From Bacteroidota bacterium (GTDB lineage: Bacteria; Bacteroidota; Bacteroidia; Chitinophagales; UBA10324): a DNA stretch of 59,600 nt. Positions 18,458-28,073 of the stretch are shown here, one piece after another. Both the position numbers and the translations under genes were made by a program. Under the pieces are notes generated by a model. It saw only the letters and a program-made list of their open reading frames with translations, had not been told where the DNA came from and searched no databases. The stretch lies in the NCBI GenBank assembly GCA_014190535.1, contig BJGO01000001.1, positions 1 through 59,600 of the forward strand. The letters are read 5' to 3'. How positions within the stretch are numbered: position 1 is the stretch's first letter; each line of letters starts with the position of its first letter.

Positions 18458-19675
18458 ATGAAGAAAGTATATAGCATTACGATAGTCTTGTTACTCTTGT
18501 CATTGAGCAGTTGTGATTTGTTGCTGGGAAAGAAAGACGATACTACAGTTGATGATATTTTTGTTCAAGGTAACATCGACCCGAATCTCTATCCTAATCA
18601 GGTGGGTTATTTGCCCGTATTACCTTACTGGCAAGGATTTTCTAACCCAATCGATGTATGTGTAGGCTATGATGAAATGGTTTATGTGGTTGACGACAAT
18701 GGGGTAAATATTTTAGATCAGAAAGGCACACGGTATAGAACCATAGCCATTCCCGGCGCCACCGATGTTACGCAGGACCGCATGCTTAACACCTATGTAC
18801 TTGGCCGGGTTAATAAGTCAATTTCGGGAACAATATATAATCTGGCGGCAGTATATGTAATCGCTAATTCAAGTTCAGCCGCCGCTCCGCTGATTAAAGA
18901 CACATTGATTCATCCTTTTAATGATGTTTCCCGAAACAACACGGCATTCAGGGGGGTAGCCGATGAACAGGTTCAATTCACCGGTATTGCCGCAACGTTT
19001 GATAATACGGTTTATGTGTCTAGGACAGGACCAACCAACGATTTAACCTCTACATCGCGCCCCGATAATACTTTCCTCATATATGATGAATCGGGGGTTA
19101 ATACCGGATACAGTAATGGGTTAAATCCTGTAACATCAAGTCTAAAATCCTGTCTCGATGTAGCCTCAATAGCCACCTTCACAGCACCGCCTCAGAGTAT
19201 CGCCGGGGTTAATCAATCCAAAGATTTTATTTTGGTACAGAACAATGATCAGGCGCAGTTTGCCGCCTTGTGGATTAAACAAACGGTAGATCCCGATGGT
19301 GGATTAATCTTCACAGAGAACAGCACACTTACGATATTCGACTATACTAAAGCCGATCGGTTTTTATATCAACCCTTTCGTTTCAGCTCCCCCAGCGATG
19401 TATTTATTGCGCCGGATATCACGGGATATATTTTTATAGTAGATAGCGAAAAAGATTCGCTCTATCAGTTTACCAATAAGGGATTCGAGGGAGTTAATCC
19501 TCCTGCAAACAGCGGTATCACCAAGCAAATTCTTGCTTCATTTGGAGGCACAGGTTCCGGACCATTTCAGTTTAACGACCCCAGTGGGGTGTGTTATTTT
19601 AGAAAAGTAATCTATGTCGCCGACAAAAATAACGGGCGTATAAGCCGATTTAAATTAAGCACAGACGTGGAATAG
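18458..19675 (+). CDS. Lipoprotein with NHL-type beta-propeller repeats
   Basis: Lipobox LSSC. NHL-like repeat endings are present (FNDPSGVCYFRKVIYVADKNNGRISRF and MVYVVDDNGVNILD). The ATG lies 2 nt after the PorV/Q-like stop. Confidence 0.55.
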   Translation: MKKVYSITIVLLLLSLSSCDLLLGKKDDTTVDDIFVQGNIDPNLYPNQVGYLPVLPYWQGFSNPIDVCVGYDEMVYVVDDNGVNILDQKGTRYRTIAIPGATDVTQDRMLNTYVLGRVNKSISGTIYNLAAVYVIANSSSAAAPLIKDTLIHPFNDVSRNNTAFRGVADEQVQFTGIAATFDNTVYVSRTGPTNDLTSTSRPDNTFLIYDESGVNTGYSNGLNPVTSSLKSCLDVASIATFTAPPQSIAGVNQSKDFILVQNNDQAQFAALWIKQTVDPDGGLIFTENSTLTIFDYTKADRFLYQPFRFSSPSDVFIAPDITGYIFIVDSEKDSLYQFTNKGFEGVNPPANSGITKQILASFGGTGSGPFQFNDPSGVCYFRKVIYVADKNNGRISRFKLSTDVE

Positions 19676-19679
19676 CACG

Positions 19680-20879
19680 CTAGTTTAACTGCATAACAAC
19701 AGCACCCAGAAAAATAGCCCCCACAATAAGATGGGTAACCTTAAGTGGTGTGAATCGAATAAATAAAAACGTGATGAGGATGATTGCTGGATGTAGCACA
19801 GACCACTCCAGATTCAGGCTAAGTGATATGGAGGCGCCGAGCACAATGCCTGCGGCTATTGCCCGCAATCCATTCATTGCCTTTTGCATTGGGGCGTAAT
19901 CTTTAATGAACTCCCAATACGGAAAAACACCAAGCATAATTAAAAAGCCCGGCAGAAAAATGGCTACAGTGCCCAGCAAACATCCAAGCAAAGTATAATT
20001 ATACCCCAGAGCATGCAGGGCCATACCACCTGCAAAGGAGGCAAAGGCAAACGATGGGCCCGGAAGCGCCTGCCCGATAGCATAACCGGTCAGGAACTCT
20101 TCACTGGTCAGATAATTTCGGTGATGCACAAATTGTTCAAACATCATGGGCGCCAGAACATAGCCACCGCCAAAAGTTATGGATCCAAAACGATAGAAGT
20201 TCTCGAATAAGACGATAGGCTTAAAGCCACTGAGCGCACCGGTTATAGCGGAGGCAATAAAGAGGGCGATAAACAGCAATAAACTTACCGATGATTGCAA
20301 CCATTTGAGGGGCTGATGCTGTGTGTTACTTACCGCTTGCGCTGACTGATCCCATAGTATGGTTGCTACGCATCCAAGCAGTAGTATGATTGGGAAGATC
20401 CAGGGACTACTGATGAATGCAGTAATCAGCATGGCAAATACGATTAACGTTACATGTAATCGGTTGTTTGTCATTCGCTGTGCCATGTCATACCCACCGG
20501 CGGCAACTACGCCTATGGCAACCGGCTGTACAAATCGAAATAACTCGGTGGGGAAGTCGGCATAGCGCTGAAAACCATAAAATAAAACGGCAAGTAGCGA
20601 CATTAAGATGGCCGCCGGTAAGATCCAGCACAATAGCGCAAGTGCCGCCAGTAACGTGCCTCCTCGTTTGAGTGCAATACCTACTACGGTTTGTGTAGAA
20701 GATGGGCCGGGTAAAAACTGACAAAGCGAATAAATCTCAAGCAACTCATCATTACTCAGATAATTACGTTTTTTTACTAATATGTTTTGAAGAACAGGAA
20801 TATGGGCCTGTGGCCCGCCAAATGCCGTTAATCCGATGACAAATAAATCCTTTAGGAAAATAAGGTTTTGAGACCGCAT
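19680..20879 (-). CDS. chrA: Chromate ion transporter (CHR family)
   Basis: 399 aa, polytopic, with two internally repeated CHR halves (FGGPQAHI... and TFGGGYV...). Confidence 0.85.
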   Translation of the reverse strand: MRSQNLIFLKDLFVIGLTAFGGPQAHIPVLQNILVKKRNYLSNDELLEIYSLCQFLPGPSSTQTVVGIALKRGGTLLAALALLCWILPAAILMSLLAVLFYGFQRYADFPTELFRFVQPVAIGVVAAGGYDMAQRMTNNRLHVTLIVFAMLITAFISSPWIFPIILLLGCVATILWDQSAQAVSNTQHQPLKWLQSSVSLLLFIALFIASAITGALSGFKPIVLFENFYRFGSITFGGGYVLAPMMFEQFVHHRNYLTSEEFLTGYAIGQALPGPSFAFASFAGGMALHALGYNYTLLGCLLGTVAIFLPGFLIMLGVFPYWEFIKDYAPMQKAMNGLRAIAAGIVLGASISLSLNLEWSVLHPAIILITFLFIRFTPLKVTHLIVGAIFLGAVVMQLN

Positions 20880-21835
20880 CAGGCCTTAGCCTTTTTCAAT
20901 CCGATTTCGATTAAACGTTCATCGAGGTATTCACCGGCACTGATGTTGTCGTATTTACGTGGGTTGTCAAAGTTTACGCAGGAGGGCAGGCAATCCAAAC
21001 GCATATCAGAACGGGGATGTAAGAAGAACGGAATCGAGAAGCGCGATGTGCCCCATAATTCTCTTGGAGGATTTACCACGCGGTGAGTAGTTGAGCGCAG
21101 TACATCGTTCGTGAGGCGTTGCAACATGTCGCCAACATTTACCACAATCTGACCGGGCAATGCGGTAACCGGAACCCAGTCGTTTTGCTTGGTTAATATC
21201 TCCAGTCCATCGGCTGAGGCACCAACCAGTAGGGTAATCAGATTAATATCTTCATGTTGCTCTGCGCGAATAGCCGACTTTGGATCTCCGGTAATTGGCG
21301 GATAATGTATGGCTCTTAAGATAGAATTGCCATTGTGAATTTTAGGATCAAAATAATTTTCGGGTAGTTTCAGATATAAGGCAATAGCCCTTAGGAGATG
21401 AGACCCGGTAACTTCAAAGGCCCGGTAAGATTGAACGCCAACCTCATTGAATCCGGGCACTTCATCAACCCAGATATTATCGGGATATTCACTTTTGATC
21501 GCACCATTATCTGTAACCATTTGCCCAAATTGCCAGAACTCCTTCAGGTCGCCGAAGTTGCTTCCTTTGGCGTGCTCGCGACCAAAAGAGGTATAGCCGC
21601 GCTGTCCGGCGAGATCCATTTTCTGGTATTTAAGTTTAATCGGTTCCGGTAAAGAGAAAAAGGATTTCACTTCCCGATATAATTCATCAATGAGCACATC
21701 GTTGATGCCGTGATTTTTAACGGCAACAAAACCCACGTGATGATACGCATCGCCTAAGTCTTTTACGAATTTATTTTTTTTATCTGCATCGCCGGAACTG
21801 AAATCGGCCAGATTCACAACAGGTATGGTGCTCAT
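20879..21835 (-). CDS. 2-oxoglutarate/Fe(II)-dependent oxygenase (isopenicillin N synthase-like family)
   Basis: HxD...H facial triad context (EQHEDINLITLL ... STTHRVVNP) and RFSIPFFLHP. The stop overlaps the chrA start by 1 nt. Confidence 0.8.
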   Translation of the reverse strand: MSTIPVVNLADFSSGDADKKNKFVKDLGDAYHHVGFVAVKNHGINDVLIDELYREVKSFFSLPEPIKLKYQKMDLAGQRGYTSFGREHAKGSNFGDLKEFWQFGQMVTDNGAIKSEYPDNIWVDEVPGFNEVGVQSYRAFEVTGSHLLRAIALYLKLPENYFDPKIHNGNSILRAIHYPPITGDPKSAIRAEQHEDINLITLLVGASADGLEILTKQNDWVPVTALPGQIVVNVGDMLQRLTNDVLRSTTHRVVNPPRELWGTSRFSIPFFLHPRSDMRLDCLPSCVNFDNPRKYDNISAGEYLDERLIEIGLKKAKA

Positions 21836-21932
21836 AAACTGGGATTAATTTGTCCGAAATATACCATGCACTTCGCATTAATGAAAGTACCAAATAATCA
21901 GTGCATTAAAATGATAAGGAATAGGTGTTGTA

Positions 21933-22631
21933 TTATTCTCTGAGAAATAATAAAACAGCAGGGACTTTGTCTAGAGTAAATCGTTTCGATTTCCAGCTGC
22001 TAACCGAATCGGTGAAGAGGTATTGTTGGTCAGAGGTTAAGCCTGCCGCAATACAGAGTTTAGTTGAAGGGTGCAGGATGCTCAATAAATCATTGATTAC
22101 GGATTGATTACGATAGGGCGTTTCAATAAAGATTTGTGTTTGCCGATGTACCAGCGAGTGTTGTTCGAATTGTTTAATCTTCTCTTTGCGTTTTAGAGGG
22201 TCTACAGGCAGATATCCGTTGAATGCAAAAGATTGTCCATTGAGTCCGCTTCCCATCAGGGAAAGTAATATCGAAGATGGCCCAATGAGCGGAACAACAG
22301 GGATACCTGATTGGTGTGCCATAGCAACCACCTCAGCTCCCGGATCAGCTACAGCAGGGCAACCCGCATCACTTAACAGGGCCATATCGGCATCTTTACA
22401 GTGATTGAGCCAACTTGAAACAGGGTTATTGGTGTTGTCATGTTTGTTCCATTCAAAAAAGGTGCACTCGTCGAAGGATGTTGTGAAACCGATACGCCGC
22501 AGGTTTCGTCGTGCTTCCCGTGCGGATTCAACAATGAAAAAGCGAACGGAATTCAGTAACGGATAACTGATGATATAATGGGCATTAGTATGTTCAGTTA
22601 ATGGAACCGGTATCAGGTATAGCGAAAACAT
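21933..22631 (-). CDS. SAM-dependent methyltransferase of the tetrapyrrole-methylase (RsmI-like) superfamily
   Basis: LLSDAGCPAVADPG motif and overall TP_methylase-like layout. Confidence 0.7.
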   Translation of the reverse strand: MFSLYLIPVPLTEHTNAHYIISYPLLNSVRFFIVESAREARRNLRRIGFTTSFDECTFFEWNKHDNTNNPVSSWLNHCKDADMALLSDAGCPAVADPGAEVVAMAHQSGIPVVPLIGPSSILLSLMGSGLNGQSFAFNGYLPVDPLKRKEKIKQFEQHSLVHRQTQIFIETPYRNQSVINDLLSILHPSTKLCIAAGLTSDQQYLFTDSVSSWKSKRFTLDKVPAVLLFLRE

Positions 22632-23049
22632 TTCTACTGCAAATTACCGGTATCTGACAGAATCCAATTAATTTTTCGCGGTAATCTTGACTCGGGTATT
22701 TACAAAAACAGCAAGATTATTTTTATCAGCAAATCGTTATTGGGAAAATATCTGTTACAGATTATAGACGGTTTATGATGTTTGAGCCATGTAATGTGAA
22801 GGTGGATTGAACAACGGATGTGTAGTGTGCTGTAGTTCATAAAATGATTAAGAGGCACGGAAATACATCTTGTTGTCTATCTATTTCAGGAGTCTTCATT
22901 GTGTATATTACGTCGCATTCTGCCTCTTAGTGGAACTGCGTAAATTATTCAACTAAAATTGATTTATAGCAAAATCGAATTTTAAATATATTTTGACCCT
23001 AATGTAACATTTTTTGAAGTGGAGCGCTTTAGCAACAAAACTATTCAGA

Positions 23050-24312
23050 ATGACAAAACAATCGTACATAATTAAAATTCCAATTATTCTTTTAATTGCT
23101 TTATTGTTTAGCTCAATCAAGCTCCTCGCACAAACAACACCATCCCGGGAAATGGATGAGTACTTAGAGAAAAAAGCCGATGGTTTTAATACATCTTATG
23201 AAAATAAAGATGTAAAGACTTACAACGCCCTACTTTCTGAATATCTTGCTATCTATGAAAAATTATCTGCGCACGAAAAGAAGCAACAGGCCTATTTACT
23301 TGGTAACATTTACTATAATCTTACTTGTATTTATTCGCTTTTAAACAATAAGACTTCTGCGCTAACTTATTTGAAAAAGGCAATTGATGTAGGGTATAAT
23401 GATTATGGACATGTGCAGAATGATTCCGATTTAGACAATATCAGAAATGAAAAAGAATTCATTGAACTCAATAAAAAGCTCAAGCAAACCGGAGATTATC
23501 TTAGTATCCTGAAAAAGGCCGGCAAATACAATCTTTCAGACAACAGGGCTATTCCAAAATTCACTTATCAGGAAAGCAATAATCCCAATTTAGTGGCATT
23601 GCGTAAAGGATTCAATATAGATAGTATTGCCGGACAGGGGACGGATGTACTTAAAATTTTAGAACTGATGCACTGGGTCCACGATCTGATTCCTCATGAT
23701 GGAATGAATGGAAACCCGGAGGTAAAAAATGCAATGAGTATGTTAGAGGTCTGTAAAAAAGAAAGCAGAGGATTAAATTGCCGTGGGCTTGCACTGGTTT
23801 TGAACGAATGCTATTTGGCAATTGGAATTAAATCAAGAATTGTAACGTGCTTACCTAAAGACAGCCTGAAAATCGACCAAGATTGCCATGTCATTAATGC
23901 TGTTTATTCTGAATCACTCAAAAAATGGCTTTGGATCGATCCGACTTTTGATGCTTATGTGATGAATGAAAAAGGAGAACTGTTGAGCATTGAGGAAGTT
24001 CGTGAGCGTTTGATTGGTGACAAACCCCTGATTCTAAATCCGGAGGCTAATTGGAATAATCAGCAGACACAGACAAAAGAAGATTACCTGGAAAATTATA
24101 TGGCAAAAAATCTATATATCCTTGAGTGTCCGATATCGAGCGAATATAACATGGAGTCAAGTTCTGAAGGAAAAACCTTCAATTACATAAGGCTCCTTCC
24201 GTTGGATTATTTTGAACAAACTCCGGATAAATCTGAAGAAAAAGAAGAAAAAAATAATACGCTCTGGATATCCTATAAAACCAACAATCCGAATTTGTTT
24301 TGGGAGCATTGA
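23050..24312 (+). CDS. Exported transglutaminase-like cysteine protease-fold protein with an N-terminal TPR-like region
   Basis: Signal peptide ending LLAQ after the ATG at 23050. Candidate Cys-His-Asp core: LNCRGLA ... DCHVINAV ... WIDPT. The gene is AT-rich. Confidence 0.6.
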   Translation: MTKQSYIIKIPIILLIALLFSSIKLLAQTTPSREMDEYLEKKADGFNTSYENKDVKTYNALLSEYLAIYEKLSAHEKKQQAYLLGNIYYNLTCIYSLLNNKTSALTYLKKAIDVGYNDYGHVQNDSDLDNIRNEKEFIELNKKLKQTGDYLSILKKAGKYNLSDNRAIPKFTYQESNNPNLVALRKGFNIDSIAGQGTDVLKILELMHWVHDLIPHDGMNGNPEVKNAMSMLEVCKKESRGLNCRGLALVLNECYLAIGIKSRIVTCLPKDSLKIDQDCHVINAVYSESLKKWLWIDPTFDAYVMNEKGELLSIEEVRERLIGDKPLILNPEANWNNQQTQTKEDYLENYMAKNLYILECPISSEYNMESSSEGKTFNYIRLLPLDYFEQTPDKSEEKEEKNNTLWISYKTNNPNLFWEH

Positions 24313-24534
24313 TATATATAATCACAAACCGCGTGAAAGCAATGTTACCTTGCCTCATATTTACTGCCATATTTGTTATAAAAGTTTAAAAAGCGCCTTA
24401 ACAAATCAAATACATCATCACAAAAACGTCTGAAGTTTTTTATCGCCAACAAGAACAAGAAATAAAATACTCCCCAATTATAGCACAGTAGTGAAATCCG
24501 AAAAATAGCATCCAACAATAACAACCACAACACA

Positions 24535-25305
24535 ATGAAACATCTAATAATCCTAATTACACTGACATTTGGACTAATATCATGCAACAACAATGCAAAC
24601 AAAACTGATGGCGATAAACCATTGACCGAAGCTCAACAAATGGTCAAACTTGACAAGTTGAAACTGGACTTTAATCAACCAGTTCTAATTGATAGTTCCG
24701 TTTATGTAATGTATCCATTGTCACTTAACAACAATGACGAAGAAGACGGTGGACCTTTTGGCAGCAGCAGTTATAGCCAACCGACTACTTATTGGAATAT
24801 TGTTTTTTATAATACAGCAAATGGAGAATATCATTTATTGGACGACCAACGAAAAATGGTAATTTATTCTTACGACCCAAGAAATTCTAACGTTAGTTCA
24901 TCTGTATCTTTCACTGACTTTAGTGAGTATATAGAGAACGGGTACAATCAGGTTGATCATCTGCTTTATTATTCAGTGACAACTCATGACTACAACAAAG
25001 ACGGAAAATTAAACGCAGAAGACCCAAACTATTTATTCATTTCAGACAAAGCAGGTAAAAATTTCAAACAAGTATCACCGGATAATTTAAACGTTACTTA
25101 TTGGCAGGCAATAAAAGGAACCAATAAAATATTACTTCAGGTTACAAAGGACATTAACAACGATAAAAAATTTAACGTCAATGATATTACTATTCCCATG
25201 GTTTACGATTTAAACAAAGCCGAAACATCAAAAGACATTTTCAAAGAAGACTTCATTATTAAACTCAAAAAACAACTTGATGAATATTGGACACCGAAAG
25301 AGTAG
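24535..25305 (+). CDS. Hypothetical lipoprotein with two EF-hand-like acidic loops
   Basis: Lipobox LISC and the loops DYNKDGKLNAED and DINNDKKFNVND. No family was recognised. Confidence 0.5.
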   Translation: MKHLIILITLTFGLISCNNNANKTDGDKPLTEAQQMVKLDKLKLDFNQPVLIDSSVYVMYPLSLNNNDEEDGGPFGSSSYSQPTTYWNIVFYNTANGEYHLLDDQRKMVIYSYDPRNSNVSSSVSFTDFSEYIENGYNQVDHLLYYSVTTHDYNKDGKLNAEDPNYLFISDKAGKNFKQVSPDNLNVTYWQAIKGTNKILLQVTKDINNDKKFNVNDITIPMVYDLNKAETSKDIFKEDFIIKLKKQLDEYWTPKE

Positions 25306-25573
25306 CCGCGAACACGGGCCTTGTTCCTCTATTATTTTTTAACGCGTGAAAACACCTCATATATTACAAGGAAGCAACCTTCTTTCGGGCGTTTGAACTT
25401 CGGGTCGTATTTTCACGCTCTGCCCTTAGCGGTAAGTTAATCAGATATATCGGTTAGAAACAGGCTGATTACCTGTAGTGACAGTAAAAAAGTTGAGTCA
25501 AGAAAACAACGTGGTTAAACAGGGAGTACTTCGAAAATCCAAAAGAGTAGAAATAAAAATAAATTCAAATAAA

Positions 25574-25834
25574 ATGAAAAAAGTAAACACATTATTCGTT
25601 GCAGTTCTTTTTGTTTCAACTATTTTAACAAGTTGCGGGAGCGAATCTAAAAATGTAGATACCTGCAAATGCCTGACTGAGCCTGGCAACTCCACATTTA
25701 TGAAAGAAAATGAAGACGCTTGCAGAGATGCTATAAGCAAAGAACTTGGAGTAAGTAATTGGGAAAAAGTCAATATGTCTCAAAACAAGGAAGTGCGCGC
25801 GAAGTTTGATGCTCTGGTAAGGCGGTGTAATTAA
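25574..25834 (+). CDS. Small Cys-patterned lipoprotein (86 aa)
   Basis: The ATG at 25574 gives MKKVNTLFVAVLFVSTILTSC (lipobox). The mature part is C..VDTCKC...EDAC...RRCN. The ORF-track start at 25478 lacks a signal peptide. Confidence 0.55.
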   Translation: MKKVNTLFVAVLFVSTILTSCGSESKNVDTCKCLTEPGNSTFMKENEDACRDAISKELGVSNWEKVNMSQNKEVRAKFDALVRRCN

Positions 25835-25858
25835 TATTAGGTGCTTATATATCATCGG

Positions 25859-25882
25859 GCAGATTGTATTTTCACAGTCTGC
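25859..25882. terminator. Hairpin between convergent genes (candidate terminator)
   Basis: GCAGATTGT pairs with ACAGTCTGC (one G-U pair) around a 6-nt loop. The flanking T-tracts are weak. Confidence 0.35.
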
Positions 25883-25930
25883 ACTTCGTTTTAAACAAAA
25901 CTGTAATCTCCCCCATTAGCCGGCCGGTTA

Positions 25931-26515
25931 TTAGGCATTCTCGGCAACCACTTCCTTTACTTCGGGAATAATACGCTTTAGTAAGCCTTCAACACCCGAC
26001 TTCAGGGTAATTGCAGAAGATGGGCACCCACTACACGAGCCTTTAAGCATCAGGGTTACTATGCCTTCGTGATACGATTTAAACTGAATGGCGCCGCCAT
26101 CCATTTCTACTGCAGGTTTTACATAGGTGTCTAATGCTTCTTTTATTTTACCGATTACTTCATTGTCGTCCAGCTGGGGCGCATTGCCATCTTGTTTAAC
26201 CTGAAAACCGATATTGAAAACCGGCTTAAGATCATCAAGATATAGCTTGATAAACTGTCTGATGGTTGGTATCACATCATTCCATTCTGTAGCGGAGTCT
26301 TTGGTTAAGGTTATTACATTGTTCATAATGAATACGCCTTTTACAAACGGAAAATCAAACAGTGCAAGGGCTAAAGGGCAATCAATGGCATCCTGTAAAG
26401 ATGAAAACTCCACACTGTCACTTTCCAGCAACATGCGGTCGCAAACAAATTTCATAGATTCAGGATTCGGCGTCATTTCGGAGTACACCGTAACCGGTAT
26501 TGATGTGGTATTCAT
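25931..26515 (-). CDS. NifU/Nfu-family Fe-S cluster assembly protein
   Basis: An N-terminal Nfu_N-like domain is followed by a C-terminal NifU domain with the CxxC motif GSCSGCPSS. Confidence 0.85.
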   Translation of the reverse strand: MNTTSIPVTVYSEMTPNPESMKFVCDRMLLESDSVEFSSLQDAIDCPLALALFDFPFVKGVFIMNNVITLTKDSATEWNDVIPTIRQFIKLYLDDLKPVFNIGFQVKQDGNAPQLDDNEVIGKIKEALDTYVKPAVEMDGGAIQFKSYHEGIVTLMLKGSCSGCPSSAITLKSGVEGLLKRIIPEVKEVVAENA

Positions 26516-26572
26516 GGATTATGTATTAAGGGGATAATGATTCAAACAATACAAAGGTAGTTTCGTTCAGCT

Positions 26573-27214
26573 TTACTTTATCAGGTAGTAAATAAGTTTA
26601 ACATATTCGTTATTCAGGTCGATTAGTCCATATTCGCTGGACCACCATGAATCCACTTTGTAATATCTTGGTGGGGCAGGAGCAATATCAATACGAATCG
26701 AGTCCTCCCGAAATACCTTGTTGCAGGTCATTCGGATGCGGCGCGTGTGAAAGGCTGATGAAACAATCGTTATGTGTTTCCAATTCATTTCATCACAACG
26801 CTTTTTGATATGCCGGCATTCCTCCAGTGTAGAGGTGCCACGACAAAGCGTATCCAGGATTAATGAAGAATCAGTATTGAACTTTGTTATGGCAAGTAAA
26901 GTCAATTCACATTCATACAGGTCTTTACCAAGTACTAGGGCATTAGCATCCTTATTGCCGCCTGTGCAAATAATCCGTTTGCTGATTCCTTCTGAGGCCA
27001 GTTTAGCCGCAAACTTTCCGCGGTCGTAGGCATTACCGGATAATACAAAAATCACTTCCGAAGGATCGTGCGTGTAGTCAACAATCAAAAATGAAGATAA
27101 ACAGCGCGCGATCGAGTATCGAAAAATAAAAAGCAACAGAAATAATGTAAGGAACGGAACAATCCGGCTAAGCCATTTTATTATTTTCTTCCGTTGATTG
27201 GAGGGATTCATCAA
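26573..27214 (-). CDS. YdcF/ElyC/SanA (DUF218) family protein
   Basis: N-terminal TM segment, VIFVLSGNAYDRG, and IVSSAFHTRR near the C-terminus. Confidence 0.7.
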   Translation of the reverse strand: MMNPSNQRKKIIKWLSRIVPFLTLFLLLFIFRYSIARCLSSFLIVDYTHDPSEVIFVLSGNAYDRGKFAAKLASEGISKRIICTGGNKDANALVLGKDLYECELTLLAITKFNTDSSLILDTLCRGTSTLEECRHIKKRCDEMNWKHITIVSSAFHTRRIRMTCNKVFREDSIRIDIAPAPPRYYKVDSWWSSEYGLIDLNNEYVKLIYYLIK

Positions 27215-27253
27215 ATACTTTTTGTTCCTTTATGAGCACAAAATTCCACTTTT

Positions 27254-27982
27254 ATGGCAGACGAACTTTGGATGGATGCAGAAATTATTAAAATTGAAGA
27301 CGAAACGCCAACAACGCGTCGTTTTTGGTTTCGGTTAAATGAGTTGGAGTCATTTCGTTTTAGTCCCGGACAGTTTGTATCACTCGAATTGCCGATTCAT
27401 GAGAAGAAAAGTAAACGCATTCGCAGTTATTCAATTGCCTCCGCCCCCGGAAACACTAATGTATTTGAGTTGGTCATTGTGCTTGTTGAGGATGGTATGG
27501 CTACACCCTATATGTGGTCTAATTTTAAACTTGGAGATAAGATACCCTGCCGTGGTCCTTTGGGACATTTTACCTTGCCGGATCATTTGGATCGTGATTT
27601 ATGCCTGGTTTGTACAGGAACCGGTATTGCACCGTTCCGATCTATGGTACACTATATTCACCAGAATCAAATACCGTGTAAAAACGTGTATCTGATTTTT
27701 GGATGTCGCAACCGTGAGGATATTTTATATCGCGATGAGCTGATGCAATTGGCGGCAGAAATGCCTTCGTTTCACTATTATTATGTTTGTTCGCGCGAGG
27801 ATCCGCAGTCGTTTGAAGGGCATATAGGCTATGTGCATGCGGTCTATGAACAATTATTTTCCGATAAACGCCCCGTGCATTTTTACCTGTGTGGATGGCG
27901 AAATATGCTTAATGAAGCCCGTACCCGAATTCAGGCTATGGGATATGATAAGTCGAGCATTCACGTGGAGATTTATGGATAA
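27254..27982 (+). CDS. Ferredoxin-NADP reductase-type FAD/NAD(P)-binding oxidoreductase
   Basis: FAD motif RSYSIAS and NAD(P) motif CTGTGIAPF. Confidence 0.8.
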   Translation: MADELWMDAEIIKIEDETPTTRRFWFRLNELESFRFSPGQFVSLELPIHEKKSKRIRSYSIASAPGNTNVFELVIVLVEDGMATPYMWSNFKLGDKIPCRGPLGHFTLPDHLDRDLCLVCTGTGIAPFRSMVHYIHQNQIPCKNVYLIFGCRNREDILYRDELMQLAAEMPSFHYYYVCSREDPQSFEGHIGYVHAVYEQLFSDKRPVHFYLCGWRNMLNEARTRIQAMGYDKSSIHVEIYG

Positions 27983-28013
27983 GGAATTACAGGCTACATA
28001 AATCGACACTAAC

Positions 28014-28043
28014 TTGTTTATTAGGTTCATATAGGTATCTTTG
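28014..28043 (+). promoter_or_regulatory. Candidate Bacteroidota sigma-A promoter for the atp operon
   Basis: TTG (28014-28016), a 19-nt spacer, then TATCTTTG (28036-28043). This matches the -33 TTG / -7 TAnnTTTG consensus and lies ~30 nt upstream of the atpB ATG. Confidence 0.45.
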
Positions 28044-28073
28044 CCGCGCCTAAAACAACGAGTTCAGCGTAAA

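Noticed and set aside
22632-23049. 418-bp non-coding spacer examined for a tRNA, attachment-site repeat, riboswitch or gene remnant
   Set aside because: By eye I found no cloverleaf-compatible segment, no conserved riboswitch core and no repeat shared with the right edge of the AT-rich islet. Covariance-model and alignment searches are still needed.
24345-24602. 85-aa minus-strand ORF in the spacer between the TGase-like and lipoprotein genes; likewise 17354-17584 (+) in the M43/PorV-like spacer
   Set aside because: Each overlaps the start of a better-supported gene. They are hydrophobic and low-complexity AT-rich translations with no motif.
28041-28073. N-terminal extensions in the ORF track from TTG/GTG or upstream ATG starts (atpB 28041, asnS 41892, rpoN 41961, ridA 51689, small lipoprotein 25478, TGase-like 23014, tatC 13635, comF 8842, TraB 46878, PBP2 56951, sigma 48780)
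   Set aside because: The extensions lack family-like sequence or bury signal peptides. They also overlap neighbouring genes or a predicted promoter box. Downstream starts fit the known N-termini better.
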